DNA of 64,000 bases, taken from contig CAMYJU010000008.1 of assembly GCA_947258795.1 (NCBI GenBank), positions 133,122 to 197,121 on the forward strand. The letters are read 5' to 3'. Of this stretch, positions 1 to 9,222 are shown piece after piece. Both the position numbers and the translations under genes were made by a program. Source of the stretch: an uncultured Gammaproteobacteria bacterium (GTDB lineage Bacteria; Pseudomonadota; Gammaproteobacteria; DRJJ01). Position 1 is the first letter of the stretch. Each line of letters begins with the position of its first letter. The notes beneath the pieces were generated by a model. The model worked only from the letters and a program-made list of their open reading frames with translations. It did no database searches and was not told the DNA's origin.

Positions 1-108
1 GGCACTCTCGTACTCCAGTACCACAAGACTGATATGGCGTCCGAATTCTTTTTCAAAACCAGACCAGTCCCAGTAGCGCTTCAGTTTGGCTGCTATCTTG
101 CCTTTCAT
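1..108 (-). CDS. hypothetical protein, N-terminal part only (runs off window start)
   Basis: A minus-strand ATG at 106-108 opens MKGKIAAKLKRYWDWSGFEKEFGRHISLVVLEYESA. The frame stays open to position 1 (hand translation; too short for the ORF track). No family recognised. Confidence 0.25.
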   Translation of the reverse strand, partial: MKGKIAAKLKRYWDWSGFEKEFGRHISLVVLEYESA

Positions 109-109
109 T

Positions 110-397
110 TCATAACCGGAAACTGCCATCATCCATGCGGCCACTGTACAGACTGGAACCCGGATCAATAATCACCGCGCCCTTGCTGGTCAGCACGATC
201 ACCGGGTTATTCATAAAGCCCTTGTTGCCCGGATTAGGTAACTCGGTCGGTCCTTGTATCACATAGACATGTTCGCTCTGTTTCCACGCCGGGTAATCAG
301 GTATCTCCTGACCCGCATACAGCCCGGCACTAAACAACAGACTGAGTATCAAAAATAAATTTGTACATCTTTTCTCTCCCATACAGAGAATGAGCAA
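110..397 (-). CDS. hypothetical exported protein resembling the N-terminus of an MBL-fold hydrolase, possibly truncated
   Basis: 95-aa ORF with a signal-peptide-like LFLILSLLFSAGLYAG. The following VYVIQGP..PNPGNKGFMNNPVIVLTSKGAVIIDPGSS resembles the first strands of exported metallo-beta-lactamase-fold proteins. The frame stops before any HxHxDH motif. The ORF-track start is TTG; an alternative ATG lies at 380-382. Confidence 0.3.
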   Translation of the reverse strand: MLILCMGEKRCTNLFLILSLLFSAGLYAGQEIPDYPAWKQSEHVYVIQGPTELPNPGNKGFMNNPVIVLTSKGAVIIDPGSSLYSGRMDDGSFRL

Positions 398-486
398 GGC
401 CTGCCACCCATCCCGTTACCAAATATAACCAACATATCAATCATTCCAGCCGTGTTGAAGACTGACCTGTAATCATATCAATCAGT

Positions 487-1686
487 CTATTCAGCCCGCA
501 GTGCCTCCACCGGATCCAGCCGTGCGGCCCGCGCCGCCGGAAACACACCGGCCAGCAATCCGATCACCAGTGCCAGTAGCTCGGCCGCACCGGCATAGAC
601 CCACGACAGGTGGACCGGCAGTGCCGGTACAAACGCGTTTAACAACATCACGCCTCCGAGCCCGAACAGCAGCCCGAGCAAACCTCCGAGCCCAGCGAGG
701 AAGATCGACTCGACCAGAAACAGCCGGTGTATATGAAACTGCAACGCACCCAGCGCCCTGAGTAAACCGATTTCAACCGTGCGTTCACGTACCGATATCA
801 TCATGATCGTGGTAATCCCAATTCCGCCAACCAATAGCGAAATGCCGCCCAGGGCAGCAACTGCGAGGGTAATTACATCCAGTACCGAGCCCATCACATC
901 CATCATCTCCTGTTGCGTAGTTACGGTGTAATCCTCACGACCATGCCTGGCGGTCAATACACGCTTGATCGCTGCCACCACGTTATCGACATTGGCCTCA
1001 GGATTGTATATCAGGTCGATTTCCATCAGGCTGTTGGTATTGAACATATTCAACACCCGGGCCGCCGGTATATAGACCCCGTCATCCATATCAACGCCGA
1101 GGAATTCACCCTTGGGCTCCATCACCCCGATGATACGAAAACGGCTGCCGCCGATACGCAGGCGCTGACCCAGCGGGTTGTCATCACCATAGAGTTCATG
1201 CGCCAGTTTACTGCCAAGCACCGCAAAGGCGCGCGGGGACTCGGGATCGTCTGCTGGCAGGAAACGGCCCTTTGCAATCTCGAAACGGAACGCGACCGGA
1301 AAATCCGGCCCGACCCCATTCACCGATGTCCGGCGCCGGCGCTTGCCGGCCTCGACCTCGGCATTGCCCTGTGCAAACGGCACCACCGCTTCGGCCTCCG
1401 GCAAGCGCGCCAGTGCTGCGGCATCCTGCAAGGTGAGTGGCTTGTCTGTGCCGAAGATGCCGACGGCCGTGCCATGGGTGGTGGCGCGCCCCGGATTAAT
1501 GCCGACGATAGTGGTACCGAACTGGGTAAACTCATCGAGGATGAACCGCTGCACCCCCTTGCCGATCGAGGTCAGCAATACCACCGCGGCAATACCGATC
1601 GCGATACCCAGTACTGTCAGTGTCGCCCGCATCAACTGACTATGCAGCGCACCCCAGGTCAGACGCAACATGTCGGCAGTGCGCAT
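487..1686 (-). CDS. ABC transporter permease, FtsX/MacB family
   Basis: 399 aa. It has an N-terminal TM helix, a large periplasmic domain and a C-terminal FtsX-type 3-TM bundle (ISVRERTVEIGLLRALGA). It is the last gene of a four-gene efflux operon. Confidence 0.85.
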   Translation of the reverse strand: MRTADMLRLTWGALHSQLMRATLTVLGIAIGIAAVVLLTSIGKGVQRFILDEFTQFGTTIVGINPGRATTHGTAVGIFGTDKPLTLQDAAALARLPEAEAVVPFAQGNAEVEAGKRRRRTSVNGVGPDFPVAFRFEIAKGRFLPADDPESPRAFAVLGSKLAHELYGDDNPLGQRLRIGGSRFRIIGVMEPKGEFLGVDMDDGVYIPAARVLNMFNTNSLMEIDLIYNPEANVDNVVAAIKRVLTARHGREDYTVTTQQEMMDVMGSVLDVITLAVAALGGISLLVGGIGITTIMMISVRERTVEIGLLRALGALQFHIHRLFLVESIFLAGLGGLLGLLFGLGGVMLLNAFVPALPVHLSWVYAGAAELLALVIGLLAGVFPAARAARLDPVEALRAE

Positions 1687-1689
1687 GAT

Positions 1690-2901
1690 CTATAACCTCT
1701 GCGCCAGGGAGATCACCGGGTCCTGGCGCGCGGCGCGCCGGGCCGGCATTACCCCGAACACCAGCCCGGTTAACAACGCGATCAATGCACTGGATAACAA
1801 GGCCCAGTATGGGATCACAAACTCGACATCCGGGTAAGCGGCCTGTAACCAGGCACTGCCTGCCATACCAATGAAAATGCCAATAGCGGCCCCGACCAGG
1901 GACAACAACGCGGCCTCGGTCAGGAACAACAGCACCACCTGCTGCCGGTTTGCACCCAGCGCCTTGAGCAGGCCCACTTCCGCGGTACGCTGACTGACCG
2001 CGACCAGCATCACATTCATGATCAGGATACCCGCAACCAGTAGGCTGATGGATGCGATACCGGCAACCGTCAGCGTTAATGTGCCCAGGATGCGATCAAA
2101 GGTGTTCAGTACCGCATCCTGACTGATGACCGTAATATCTTCCTCGCCCTGATGACGGGTTTTGATCAGGGCGATGACCTGGTCTTCCAGGCTTTCCAGG
2201 TTTTCGCGGGTTTTCGCCTCGATCATGATGCGGATCAGCGAACTGGTATTAAACAATGCCTGGGCCGCCGCCACCGGTACAAATACGACATCCTGGACAT
2301 CGACACCGATCGATCGCCCTTCCGAGGCCATCACCCCGATTACCCGATAGCGTCGTTCACCGATACGCACCCATTCACCCAGCGCCTGCTGCCCGATAAA
2401 CAACTCGCGCTTCACGTTAGCGCCGATTACGCATACCGGACTGGCTCGTTCGGCATCACCCGGCGGCAAAAACTCTCCCTGTGACATCTTCCAGTGACGT
2501 ATGTCCAGCAATTCTGCGGTCGAACCAATCACCGCTGCATCACGATCACGTTGTTGCCAGGACACCCTGGCTGAACCCACCACCAGCGGACTGACACGCC
2601 GCACACTGGACAGGCGCTGCAATGCCATCGCATCCGCTATGGTCAGGTCACGTGTGGTTTCAGTGACGAACATACTGGCCGCAATACCCTGGGTCTCGCT
2701 CTTGCCGGGCAATACCACCAGCAGATTGGTGCCCAGTGACGCAAACCGGGACACGACATAGCGTCTTGCACCCTCACCAAGCGAGGTCAACACCAACATG
2801 GACCCAACACCGATACTCATCGCCACCAGTATCAGTATCGAGCGCGTGCGATATCGCGCCATCGCCGTGAACGCATACAGGATCAGGTCACGCCAGCGCA
2901 T
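1690..2901 (-). CDS. ABC transporter permease, FtsX/MacB family (second permease)
   Basis: Same architecture as the neighbouring permease (VAVSQRTAEVGLLKALGA). The likely start is the internal Met of MRWRDLILYAF at 2901, which overlaps the ATPase stop by a few nt. The ORF track extends to 2985. Confidence 0.85.
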   Translation of the reverse strand: MRWRDLILYAFTAMARYRTRSILILVAMSIGVGSMLVLTSLGEGARRYVVSRFASLGTNLLVVLPGKSETQGIAASMFVTETTRDLTIADAMALQRLSSVRRVSPLVVGSARVSWQQRDRDAAVIGSTAELLDIRHWKMSQGEFLPPGDAERASPVCVIGANVKRELFIGQQALGEWVRIGERRYRVIGVMASEGRSIGVDVQDVVFVPVAAAQALFNTSSLIRIMIEAKTRENLESLEDQVIALIKTRHQGEEDITVISQDAVLNTFDRILGTLTLTVAGIASISLLVAGILIMNVMLVAVSQRTAEVGLLKALGANRQQVVLLFLTEAALLSLVGAAIGIFIGMAGSAWLQAAYPDVEFVIPYWALLSSALIALLTGLVFGVMPARRAARQDPVISLAQRL

Positions 2902-3580
2902 CGGTATCGCCCGTGATATCTGCAACAATACGCCCGTCCACCAGGCGCAGTTTGCGATGTGCGCGATTGCCCAGGTCGGGGTCATGTGTCACCACGATCA
3001 GGGTAATGCCACGCTGATTCAGTGATTCCAGTATCTCGACCACATCATGACCGGAATGACGATCCAGATTTCCGGTGGGCTCGTCTGCCAGCAGCACATC
3101 CGGCTGCATGATCGTCGCGCGGGCGATCGCAACGCGTTGACGCTGCCCACCCGAGAGCTGGTCAGGGCGGTGATCCATGCGTTTTTCCAGGCCCACACTG
3201 CGCAACACCTGCTCGGCCCGTTGGTGACGCTCGGCGACCGGTATGCCTTCCAGCATCATCGGCAGCTCGACATTTTCACGTGCGGTCAGACGCGGCAACA
3301 ACTGGAAGAACTGGAATACAAAACCAATGCGCTTGCGCCTGACCTGCGCCTGCTGCATATCATCCATGGTAGTCACATCTTCGTTGGCGAGCCGGTAAAC
3401 ACCCGAACTGGGCCGGTCCAGCAGACCGATAATATTCAGCAAGGTGGATTTGCCCGAGCCGGAAGGACCCATCACCGAAATATATTCACCGGCACCGATG
3501 TCGAGATCCAGTTTGTCGAGCGCATGCACGGTCTGGTCACCCACCTGAAATTCCCGGCTGAGCTGTTCCAGCGATATCAT
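2888..3580 (-). CDS. ABC transporter ATP-binding protein (MacB/LolD-like)
   Basis: Walker A GPSGSGKST, signature LSGGQRQR and Walker B LLADEPT are present. The likely start MISLEQL (ATG at 3578-3580) lies just after the adaptor stop at 3585. Confidence 0.9.
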   Translation of the reverse strand: MISLEQLSREFQVGDQTVHALDKLDLDIGAGEYISVMGPSGSGKSTLLNIIGLLDRPSSGVYRLANEDVTTMDDMQQAQVRRKRIGFVFQFFQLLPRLTARENVELPMMLEGIPVAERHQRAEQVLRSVGLEKRMDHRPDQLSGGQRQRVAIARATIMQPDVLLADEPTGNLDRHSGHDVVEILESLNQRGITLIVVTHDPDLGNRAHRKLRLVDGRIVADITGDTDALA

Positions 3581-3584
3581 AGAA

Positions 3585-4739
3585 TCATTCAGACTCGATC
3601 TGCACGGCGGCACCGTCCTCCACACCGCTGCGATCGATCGAGGTCACGACCTGTTCGCCTGCCTGTAAACCGGACAGGATCTCGGTATAGCTCCAGTTGG
3701 ACAGGCCGGTCTTGACTGTACGCAATTCCAGCACGCCATCAGAGGATCGATAGACAAAAACCTGATCATTATCCTTGATCGCCTGGGTCGGTATGCGTAA
3801 CGCATCATTTATGGTATCCAGCAACACCTCGGCGTCGGCACTATAACCTGGCAGCAGGCGACTGGCATCCTGCGGGTCGGTGAAATCCACTTCGATATCA
3901 ACCGTGCGTGCCTGTTTTTCAATATCCAGTACATAATCGGCAATACGCCTGACCCGCCCCTTGAAGCTTTGTCCACGAAACGCGTCAAGGGTGATACGTG
4001 CGTCCATGCCCAGGCGCACCGTAGGCGCATCAACCTCGTCTATCGGTGCAATAATGTAGTAACAACTGGTATCGACCAGCACCACGGCCGGCAGGGTTGC
4101 CACACCTATCGGTGAAGGCGTGACCACCTCTCCGAGCTCACCATTGACCTCGGCGATGGTACCGTCAAAAGGTGCACGCAACAGGGTGCGTTCCAGATTG
4201 GCCTGTGTGACATCGACCTGTGCCTCGCTGACCTGCACCGCACTATGCGCGGCCGTGCAGGCAGCCTTACGTGCTTTCGCATCGCCCGTCGCCCGGTCAA
4301 GATCCTCTTCCGATGCCAGACCCTTTTTACGAAGCGTCTTGAGCCTTTTCGCTTCCCGGTCTGCCACTTCCGCCAGTACACAGCTCTCCTCGGCCCGTGA
4401 CCGGCTCGCCTTGAGCTGCATACGTGAAAGCTGCAATTGCGCCTGCAAATCCTGGTTCCAGAGCGCCAGCAGAACCTGGTCTTTTTTGACTACCTCGCTC
4501 TCCTTGACCGGCAAACGAGCTATCTGACCGGAAATCTGTGGTGCCAGGCTGGCACGCCGGCAAGCCGAAACTGTACCCGCACGGGTATTGCTAATGGTGT
4601 CTTCCACTGCGCCTTTATCCACTTTGCTGACGGTAACCATCACCGGTTCCGGACGCGTGGAGACCCATACCAGAACCGCAATTAGCAGTATGATAAGGAC
4701 CAGCCAGACGATTGTTTTCAATTTATTTGTCAATGCCAT
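3585..4739 (-). CDS. efflux periplasmic adaptor subunit (HlyD/MacA membrane-fusion family)
   Basis: 384 aa with an N-terminal TM anchor, a coiled-coil hairpin region, and barrel-sandwich and beta-barrel segments (LLRAPFDGTIAEVN). It is the first gene of the operon with the ATPase and two permeases. Confidence 0.85.
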   Translation of the reverse strand: MALTNKLKTIVWLVLIILLIAVLVWVSTRPEPVMVTVSKVDKGAVEDTISNTRAGTVSACRRASLAPQISGQIARLPVKESEVVKKDQVLLALWNQDLQAQLQLSRMQLKASRSRAEESCVLAEVADREAKRLKTLRKKGLASEEDLDRATGDAKARKAACTAAHSAVQVSEAQVDVTQANLERTLLRAPFDGTIAEVNGELGEVVTPSPIGVATLPAVVLVDTSCYYIIAPIDEVDAPTVRLGMDARITLDAFRGQSFKGRVRRIADYVLDIEKQARTVDIEVDFTDPQDASRLLPGYSADAEVLLDTINDALRIPTQAIKDNDQVFVYRSSDGVLELRTVKTGLSNWSYTEILSGLQAGEQVVTSIDRSGVEDGAAVQIESE

Positions 4740-5238
4740 CCAATGAACTCGGCGGAGAAGAATTCAGTAGCCCTGTGTCTGTTCGATCAAACCATACTGC
4801 TGCTATCCATCTGTGTATGCATACCTTATTAATGTTTTATACCTGTTAAATACCGATCATACAAATCAACGACCATTTTTCTGGCCGTTGATATCCTCCA
4901 CTCCAGGCGCAGTCATATCAGCCAAACCTGTTCGCACTCCGAATGATAAGCGTCAAAACAGGAATGGGCGTATGTCTGCATATCAACCCGGTTGCAGGGC
5001 ATGTCTGGCCAAGCCATCAACCAGGCGTGATCCGGTTCACAGTTCCTGTGCCGATGTCTGATTTACAACGATAAAAGCCACTGATATCCATTATTCAGCG
5101 TTGCAGATATCCTCCGCGATGCCGATATGCTTGATATATGTAGCCCTAACGCTATGATTTCACTGCATAGACGGGATTTAGGTAGGGAAAAACCATTATA
5201 CTTTAGTATAATCCTGTTATCCGCATTTCTGGTGACAT

Positions 5239-5976
5239 ATGTCCGCTAGTGTTCAAAGAATCCTGATTACCAATGCCAAGGGTGGTTGTGGCAAAAGCAC
5301 GGTCGCGACCAATCTGGCCAGCCTGTATGCCGCTCAGGGTATCGGTGCCGCGCTGTTTGACCATGACAGCCAACGTTCCAGTATGCGCTGGCTGTCCCGG
5401 CGGCCGGACGACAAACCGTCTATTCACGGGGTCGATGCCTCCGCTACATCTTGTCTGAACGTCACCCGTACCTGGCTATTACGGGTTCCGGAGAATGTAC
5501 AACGTATCGTCATCGATACGCCAGCCGGACTGAAAGGCGACGAACTGGTACGCCAGACCCGGGATATCGACTGCATTATCATACCGGTACTGCCGTCACC
5601 GATCGACATCCAGGCAACGGCTGACTTTATCCGCGACCTGTTGCTGTTGTGCAAGGTACGAGAACGCCATATCAGGCTGGCGATCATCGCCAATCGTACG
5701 CGTACTAACACCCTGTCATTCAAGGCACTGGAAAAGTTTCTGGCTACGTTGAAAATTCCGGTCATCGCGCGCTTACGTGACACCCAGCAATATACCCGTG
5801 CGGTCGAACAGGGCTGCGGGGTACATGAACTCAAATCCAGCAGCGCCCGACTGGACCATGCACACTGGAACCAGTTACTGGCCTGGTTGGAAGCGGACAC
5901 CGTAAACACTCCTGCCCCTGTAGAACCGAAAAACGCTGAGCACACCCCACCCCAGAGCCACCCCCTGGCGCAATAA
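5239..5976 (+). CDS. ParA/MinD-family P-loop ATPase (orphan)
   Basis: Deviant Walker A NAKGGCGKST at the N-terminus and a VIDTPAG Walker B-like motif. A TATAAT hexamer at 5207-5212 precedes the ATG. No parB-like partner is nearby. Confidence 0.8.
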   Translation: MSASVQRILITNAKGGCGKSTVATNLASLYAAQGIGAALFDHDSQRSSMRWLSRRPDDKPSIHGVDASATSCLNVTRTWLLRVPENVQRIVIDTPAGLKGDELVRQTRDIDCIIIPVLPSPIDIQATADFIRDLLLLCKVRERHIRLAIIANRTRTNTLSFKALEKFLATLKIPVIARLRDTQQYTRAVEQGCGVHELKSSSARLDHAHWNQLLAWLEADTVNTPAPVEPKNAEHTPPQSHPLAQ

Positions 5977-6128
5977 ATCTCATTGTAATTCAGTTGTTTA
6001 TTGTTACTTTTAAAAAGCGGTAACTGGTTCATGTTAGTAAAAACTCTAGTAAAAGTACGTATTGTTTCATGATTGCCCACTGCGTATATTAGCTGAACAA
6101 TTAAAACTTTAAGTTTAGGGAGTTTGCT

Positions 6129-8243
6129 ATGAGCAGGAAGTCTATACGTATATATGGATGTGTAACCTTATTATTTCTGTCCTTGGTCTCTACCGCAGCA
6201 ATTGCTGCAGGCGTTATCCAGCAAGGCCAGCAATATGCTGCAGACGAGGTATTGATCAAATACAGCGCAGGGATTTCAACCACACAAACCAATTCGGTTG
6301 CACAGGCGAACGGCGTTGCAGCCGTAATTCCATTCCAGACCGGCCCGGCCACATCCGCCATGAGCCGCTGGGCACGGGTCAAGCTCAAGCCCGGTATGTC
6401 GGTTGAACAGGCCATGGCGCAGTTTGGCAACGATGCGAATATCGAACTGGTCGAACCCAACTACGTGGTCAGCATCAAGCTAACACCGAATGACCCCAGT
6501 TACTCTTCGCTGTGGGGCCTGCATAACATCGGTCAAACCGGCGGTACCCAGGATGCCGATATCGATGCACCGGAGGCCTGGGACACCAACACCGGTTCCA
6601 GCAGTGTGATTGTTGCTGTGATTGACTCTGGCGTGGATTACAACCACCCGGACCTGGCCGCGAACATGTGGACCAATACCGGCGAGATCGCAGGCAACAG
6701 CATTGACGATGACGGCAACGGTTATGTCGATGATATCTACGGTTACGACTTTGTCAGTAATGACGGCGACCCGATGGACGACAACAGTCACGGCACCCAT
6801 GTCGCCGGAACCATCGCCGCAGTCGGTAACAATGGTGTCGGTGTGGTCGGCGTTGCCTGGAATGCCCAGATCATGGCGGTCAAGTTCCTGAACGCGGCCG
6901 GTAGTGGCTTCACCTCGGATGCGGTTTCATCGGTACTGTATGCAGCCAACAACGGCGCTGCGATCATGAACAACAGTTGGGGCGGCGGTGGTTATTCTCA
7001 GGCCCTGCAGGATGCGATCACCACGGCCAATTCGACCAATTCACTGTTTGTCGCCGCAGCAGGCAATAATGGCCTGGACAACGATATATTCCCGAACTAT
7101 CCGTCCAACTACAGTGGCCCGCATATTATCGCGGTCGCCGCAACCGATGACAGTGACGCGATCGCATTTTTCTCGAATTATGGCGCCACCACCGTCCATC
7201 TGGGTGCACCGGGTGTATCGATCTTCAGCACCGAGCCGGGTAACACCTATGGCAACAAGAGCGGCACCTCGATGGCTTCACCGCATGTTGCCGGTGCGGC
7301 AGCGGTCATCCTCGCGGCCAACCCAAGTATGACCAATGTACAGATCAAGGATCAGATCCTTAACAATGTCGACCCGACACCGGCCATGGCCGGTGTAACC
7401 ATAACCGGCGGCCGCCTGAACCTGAATGCGGCACTGGGTGGTGGTACACCTCCAAATAACCCGCCGGTCGCGGTACCGGGTGGTCCATACAATGGTGTTG
7501 TCGGTGTACCGGTACTGTTTGACGGCTCCGGTTCTTCCGACCCGGACGGCGATCCGCTGACCTATGAGTGGGGTATCCCGCCTGTGGTCTACACCACCGG
7601 TGTACAACCCTCATGGACCTTCAATGCCCCGGGCACTTACAGCATCTCATTGCGTGTCAATGACGGTACGGTTTATTCAAGCTGGGTTAACACCACCGTG
7701 ACCATTACTACTGGTACCAACCAGCCGCCGGTAGCGGATGCCGGTGGACCCTATAGCGGTACCGAAGGCCAGTTGGTTCAATTCGACGGCACCGGTTCTT
7801 CCGACCCGGATGGCGATCCACTGAGCTACAGCTGGACCCTGTCTGATGGCCGCACCATGACCGGCTCGCAGCCAAGCATCAGCTTTGCGACCGCGGGTAG
7901 CTACACAGTAACCCTGGTGGTATCGGACGGTCAGGCCAGTTCGACACCATCGACTGCGTCGATCACGATTACCGCCGGCACAAGCAACAACCCGCCGGTA
8001 GCTAATCCGGGCGGACCTTACTCAGGCACTACAGGTGTACCGGTGGTATTTGACGGTTCTGCCTCAACGGATCCGGACGGTGATCCATTGACCTATGCCT
8101 GGGGAATCCCGCCGGTTGTCTATGCGACCGGTGTGTCACCGACCTGGATATTCAACGCACCGGGTACCTACACGGTGTGGCTGAAGGTCAATGACGGTAC
8201 GGTTGATTCACCCTGGGTGAGCACCACGGTTACGATCCAGTAA
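6129..8243 (+). CDS. secreted subtilisin-like serine protease (S8 family) with three C-terminal PKD domains
   Basis: Signal peptide followed by an I9-like propeptide. The catalytic triad motifs are VIDSGVD (D166), HGTHVAG (H221) and GTSMASPHVAG (S381). Three ~85-aa PKD-like repeats (FDGSGSSDPDGDPL..W) lie at nt 7458-7709, 7722-7976 and 7989-8240. Confidence 0.9.
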   Translation: MSRKSIRIYGCVTLLFLSLVSTAAIAAGVIQQGQQYAADEVLIKYSAGISTTQTNSVAQANGVAAVIPFQTGPATSAMSRWARVKLKPGMSVEQAMAQFGNDANIELVEPNYVVSIKLTPNDPSYSSLWGLHNIGQTGGTQDADIDAPEAWDTNTGSSSVIVAVIDSGVDYNHPDLAANMWTNTGEIAGNSIDDDGNGYVDDIYGYDFVSNDGDPMDDNSHGTHVAGTIAAVGNNGVGVVGVAWNAQIMAVKFLNAAGSGFTSDAVSSVLYAANNGAAIMNNSWGGGGYSQALQDAITTANSTNSLFVAAAGNNGLDNDIFPNYPSNYSGPHIIAVAATDDSDAIAFFSNYGATTVHLGAPGVSIFSTEPGNTYGNKSGTSMASPHVAGAAAVILAANPSMTNVQIKDQILNNVDPTPAMAGVTITGGRLNLNAALGGGTPPNNPPVAVPGGPYNGVVGVPVLFDGSGSSDPDGDPLTYEWGIPPVVYTTGVQPSWTFNAPGTYSISLRVNDGTVYSSWVNTTVTITTGTNQPPVADAGGPYSGTEGQLVQFDGTGSSDPDGDPLSYSWTLSDGRTMTGSQPSISFATAGSYTVTLVVSDGQASSTPSTASITITAGTSNNPPVANPGGPYSGTTGVPVVFDGSASTDPDGDPLTYAWGIPPVVYATGVSPTWIFNAPGTYTVWLKVNDGTVDSPWVSTTVTIQ

Positions 8244-8269
8244 TCACTGGCTACCGTAGCAGTAAAAAA

Positions 8270-8307
8270 GGGGTAAGCGGGAATTCCTGCTTACCCCTTT
8301 CTTTTTT
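8270..8307. terminator. bidirectional rho-independent terminator between convergent S8 protease and yaaA
   Basis: The 9-bp stem ggggtaagc/gcttacccc encloses a 10-nt loop. It is flanked by an A-run upstream and tttctttttt downstream, so it carries a U-tract in either orientation. Confidence 0.75.
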
Positions 8308-8376
8308 AGAGGAGCTCTGGTTAATTCAGGGCTTAAAAGAATATTTTTCGATGTTCCCTGATGCTAAAAAACTGAC

Positions 8377-9159
8377 TCAAGCCTTCACTGGCAAGCGGCG
8401 TGTAAACACCCAGTTGTTATCCTTGGAAAGCTTCTTGTTAAACCGGTAGCCTTCCAGGTCGAAGTCCTTGATCTGCTGCGGGTCGTCAATGCGATTCTGG
8501 ATAATAAAGCGGCTCAGCATGCCACGCGCCTTTTTCGCATAAATGCCGATCATCTTGTAGTCGCCGTTCTTGTATTCCTTGAATGCCGGCGTGATCAGCT
8601 CGGCATCCAGCAGTTTCGGTTTGACCGACTTGAAGTATTCGTTCGAGGCCAGGTTAACCAACACCTTCGATCCACTTTTCCTGAGCTGCTTGTTCAGACC
8701 ATCGGTAATACGCTCACCCCAGAACTCATACAGATTCTTGCCGCGCAGGGTCTCAAGTTTCGTACCCATCTCCAGACGGTAAGGCATCATCAGGTCGAGG
8801 GGGCGCAACAGTCCGTACAGACCGGACAGGATACGCAAATGTGTTTGCGCATATTTGAAATCAGCCGCCTTGAAACTGTCTGCATCCAGGCCGGTATAGA
8901 CATCACCCCTGAACGCCAGTATTGCCTGACGGGCGTTGTCTGGTGTGAAATCCGGCGTCCATTGCTCATAGCGATCAAAATTGAGCTCGGCAATCTTGCT
9001 GCTGACATGCATCAATTCCGATATATCGAGACTGGAGAAATCACGCATACGCTTAATCAGCAACTGAGACTGGTCGAGATAATCCGGTTGGGTGTAGACA
9101 GTGGTTTTCGGTTTCGACTCGTAATCGAGCTTCTTCGCGGGCGAAATAACAATTAGCAT
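8377..9159 (-). CDS. yaaA: peroxide stress protein YaaA (UPF0246/DUF328)
   Basis: 260 aa starting [13 protein letters not shown], with the characteristic YaaA N-terminus and length. Confidence 0.85.
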   Translation of the reverse strand: MLIVISPAKKLDYESKPKTTVYTQPDYLDQSQLLIKRMRDFSSLDISELMHVSSKIAELNFDRYEQWTPDFTPDNARQAILAFRGDVYTGLDADSFKAADFKYAQTHLRILSGLYGLLRPLDLMMPYRLEMGTKLETLRGKNLYEFWGERITDGLNKQLRKSGSKVLVNLASNEYFKSVKPKLLDAELITPAFKEYKNGDYKMIGIYAKKARGMLSRFIIQNRIDDPQQIKDFDLEGYRFNKKLSKDNNWVFTRRLPVKA

Positions 9160-9222
9160 AAATGGCTCTGCTGGTCGTATAAAACTGCGATTATAGCAAA
9201 GTGGGTAACGACAGCGTAGAAA

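Noticed and set aside
913-1695. 260-aa plus-strand ORF, and similar long ORFs at 3047-3715, 9398-10009, 10580-11416, 16845-17825, 29558-30247, 34116-34772, 44070-44618, 45614-46153, 62210-62863 and 62752-63528
   Set aside because: All lie antisense to, or out of frame within, genes that have unmistakable conserved motifs. Their translations are Arg/Pro/Gly/His-rich with no recognisable motifs, which is typical of shadow ORFs in GC-rich DNA.
4813-5061. 82-aa ORF in the long intergenic region
   Set aside because: It has no Shine-Dalgarno sequence, an odd composition and no similarity to anything I recognise. I treated the region as non-coding.
7441-8243. Three ~260-nt tandem repeats that could be mistaken for a repeat array
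   Set aside because: They are in frame inside the S8 protease and encode PKD domains. They are not a CRISPR array or a non-coding satellite. No CRISPR-like short repeat/spacer pattern was seen anywhere in the window.
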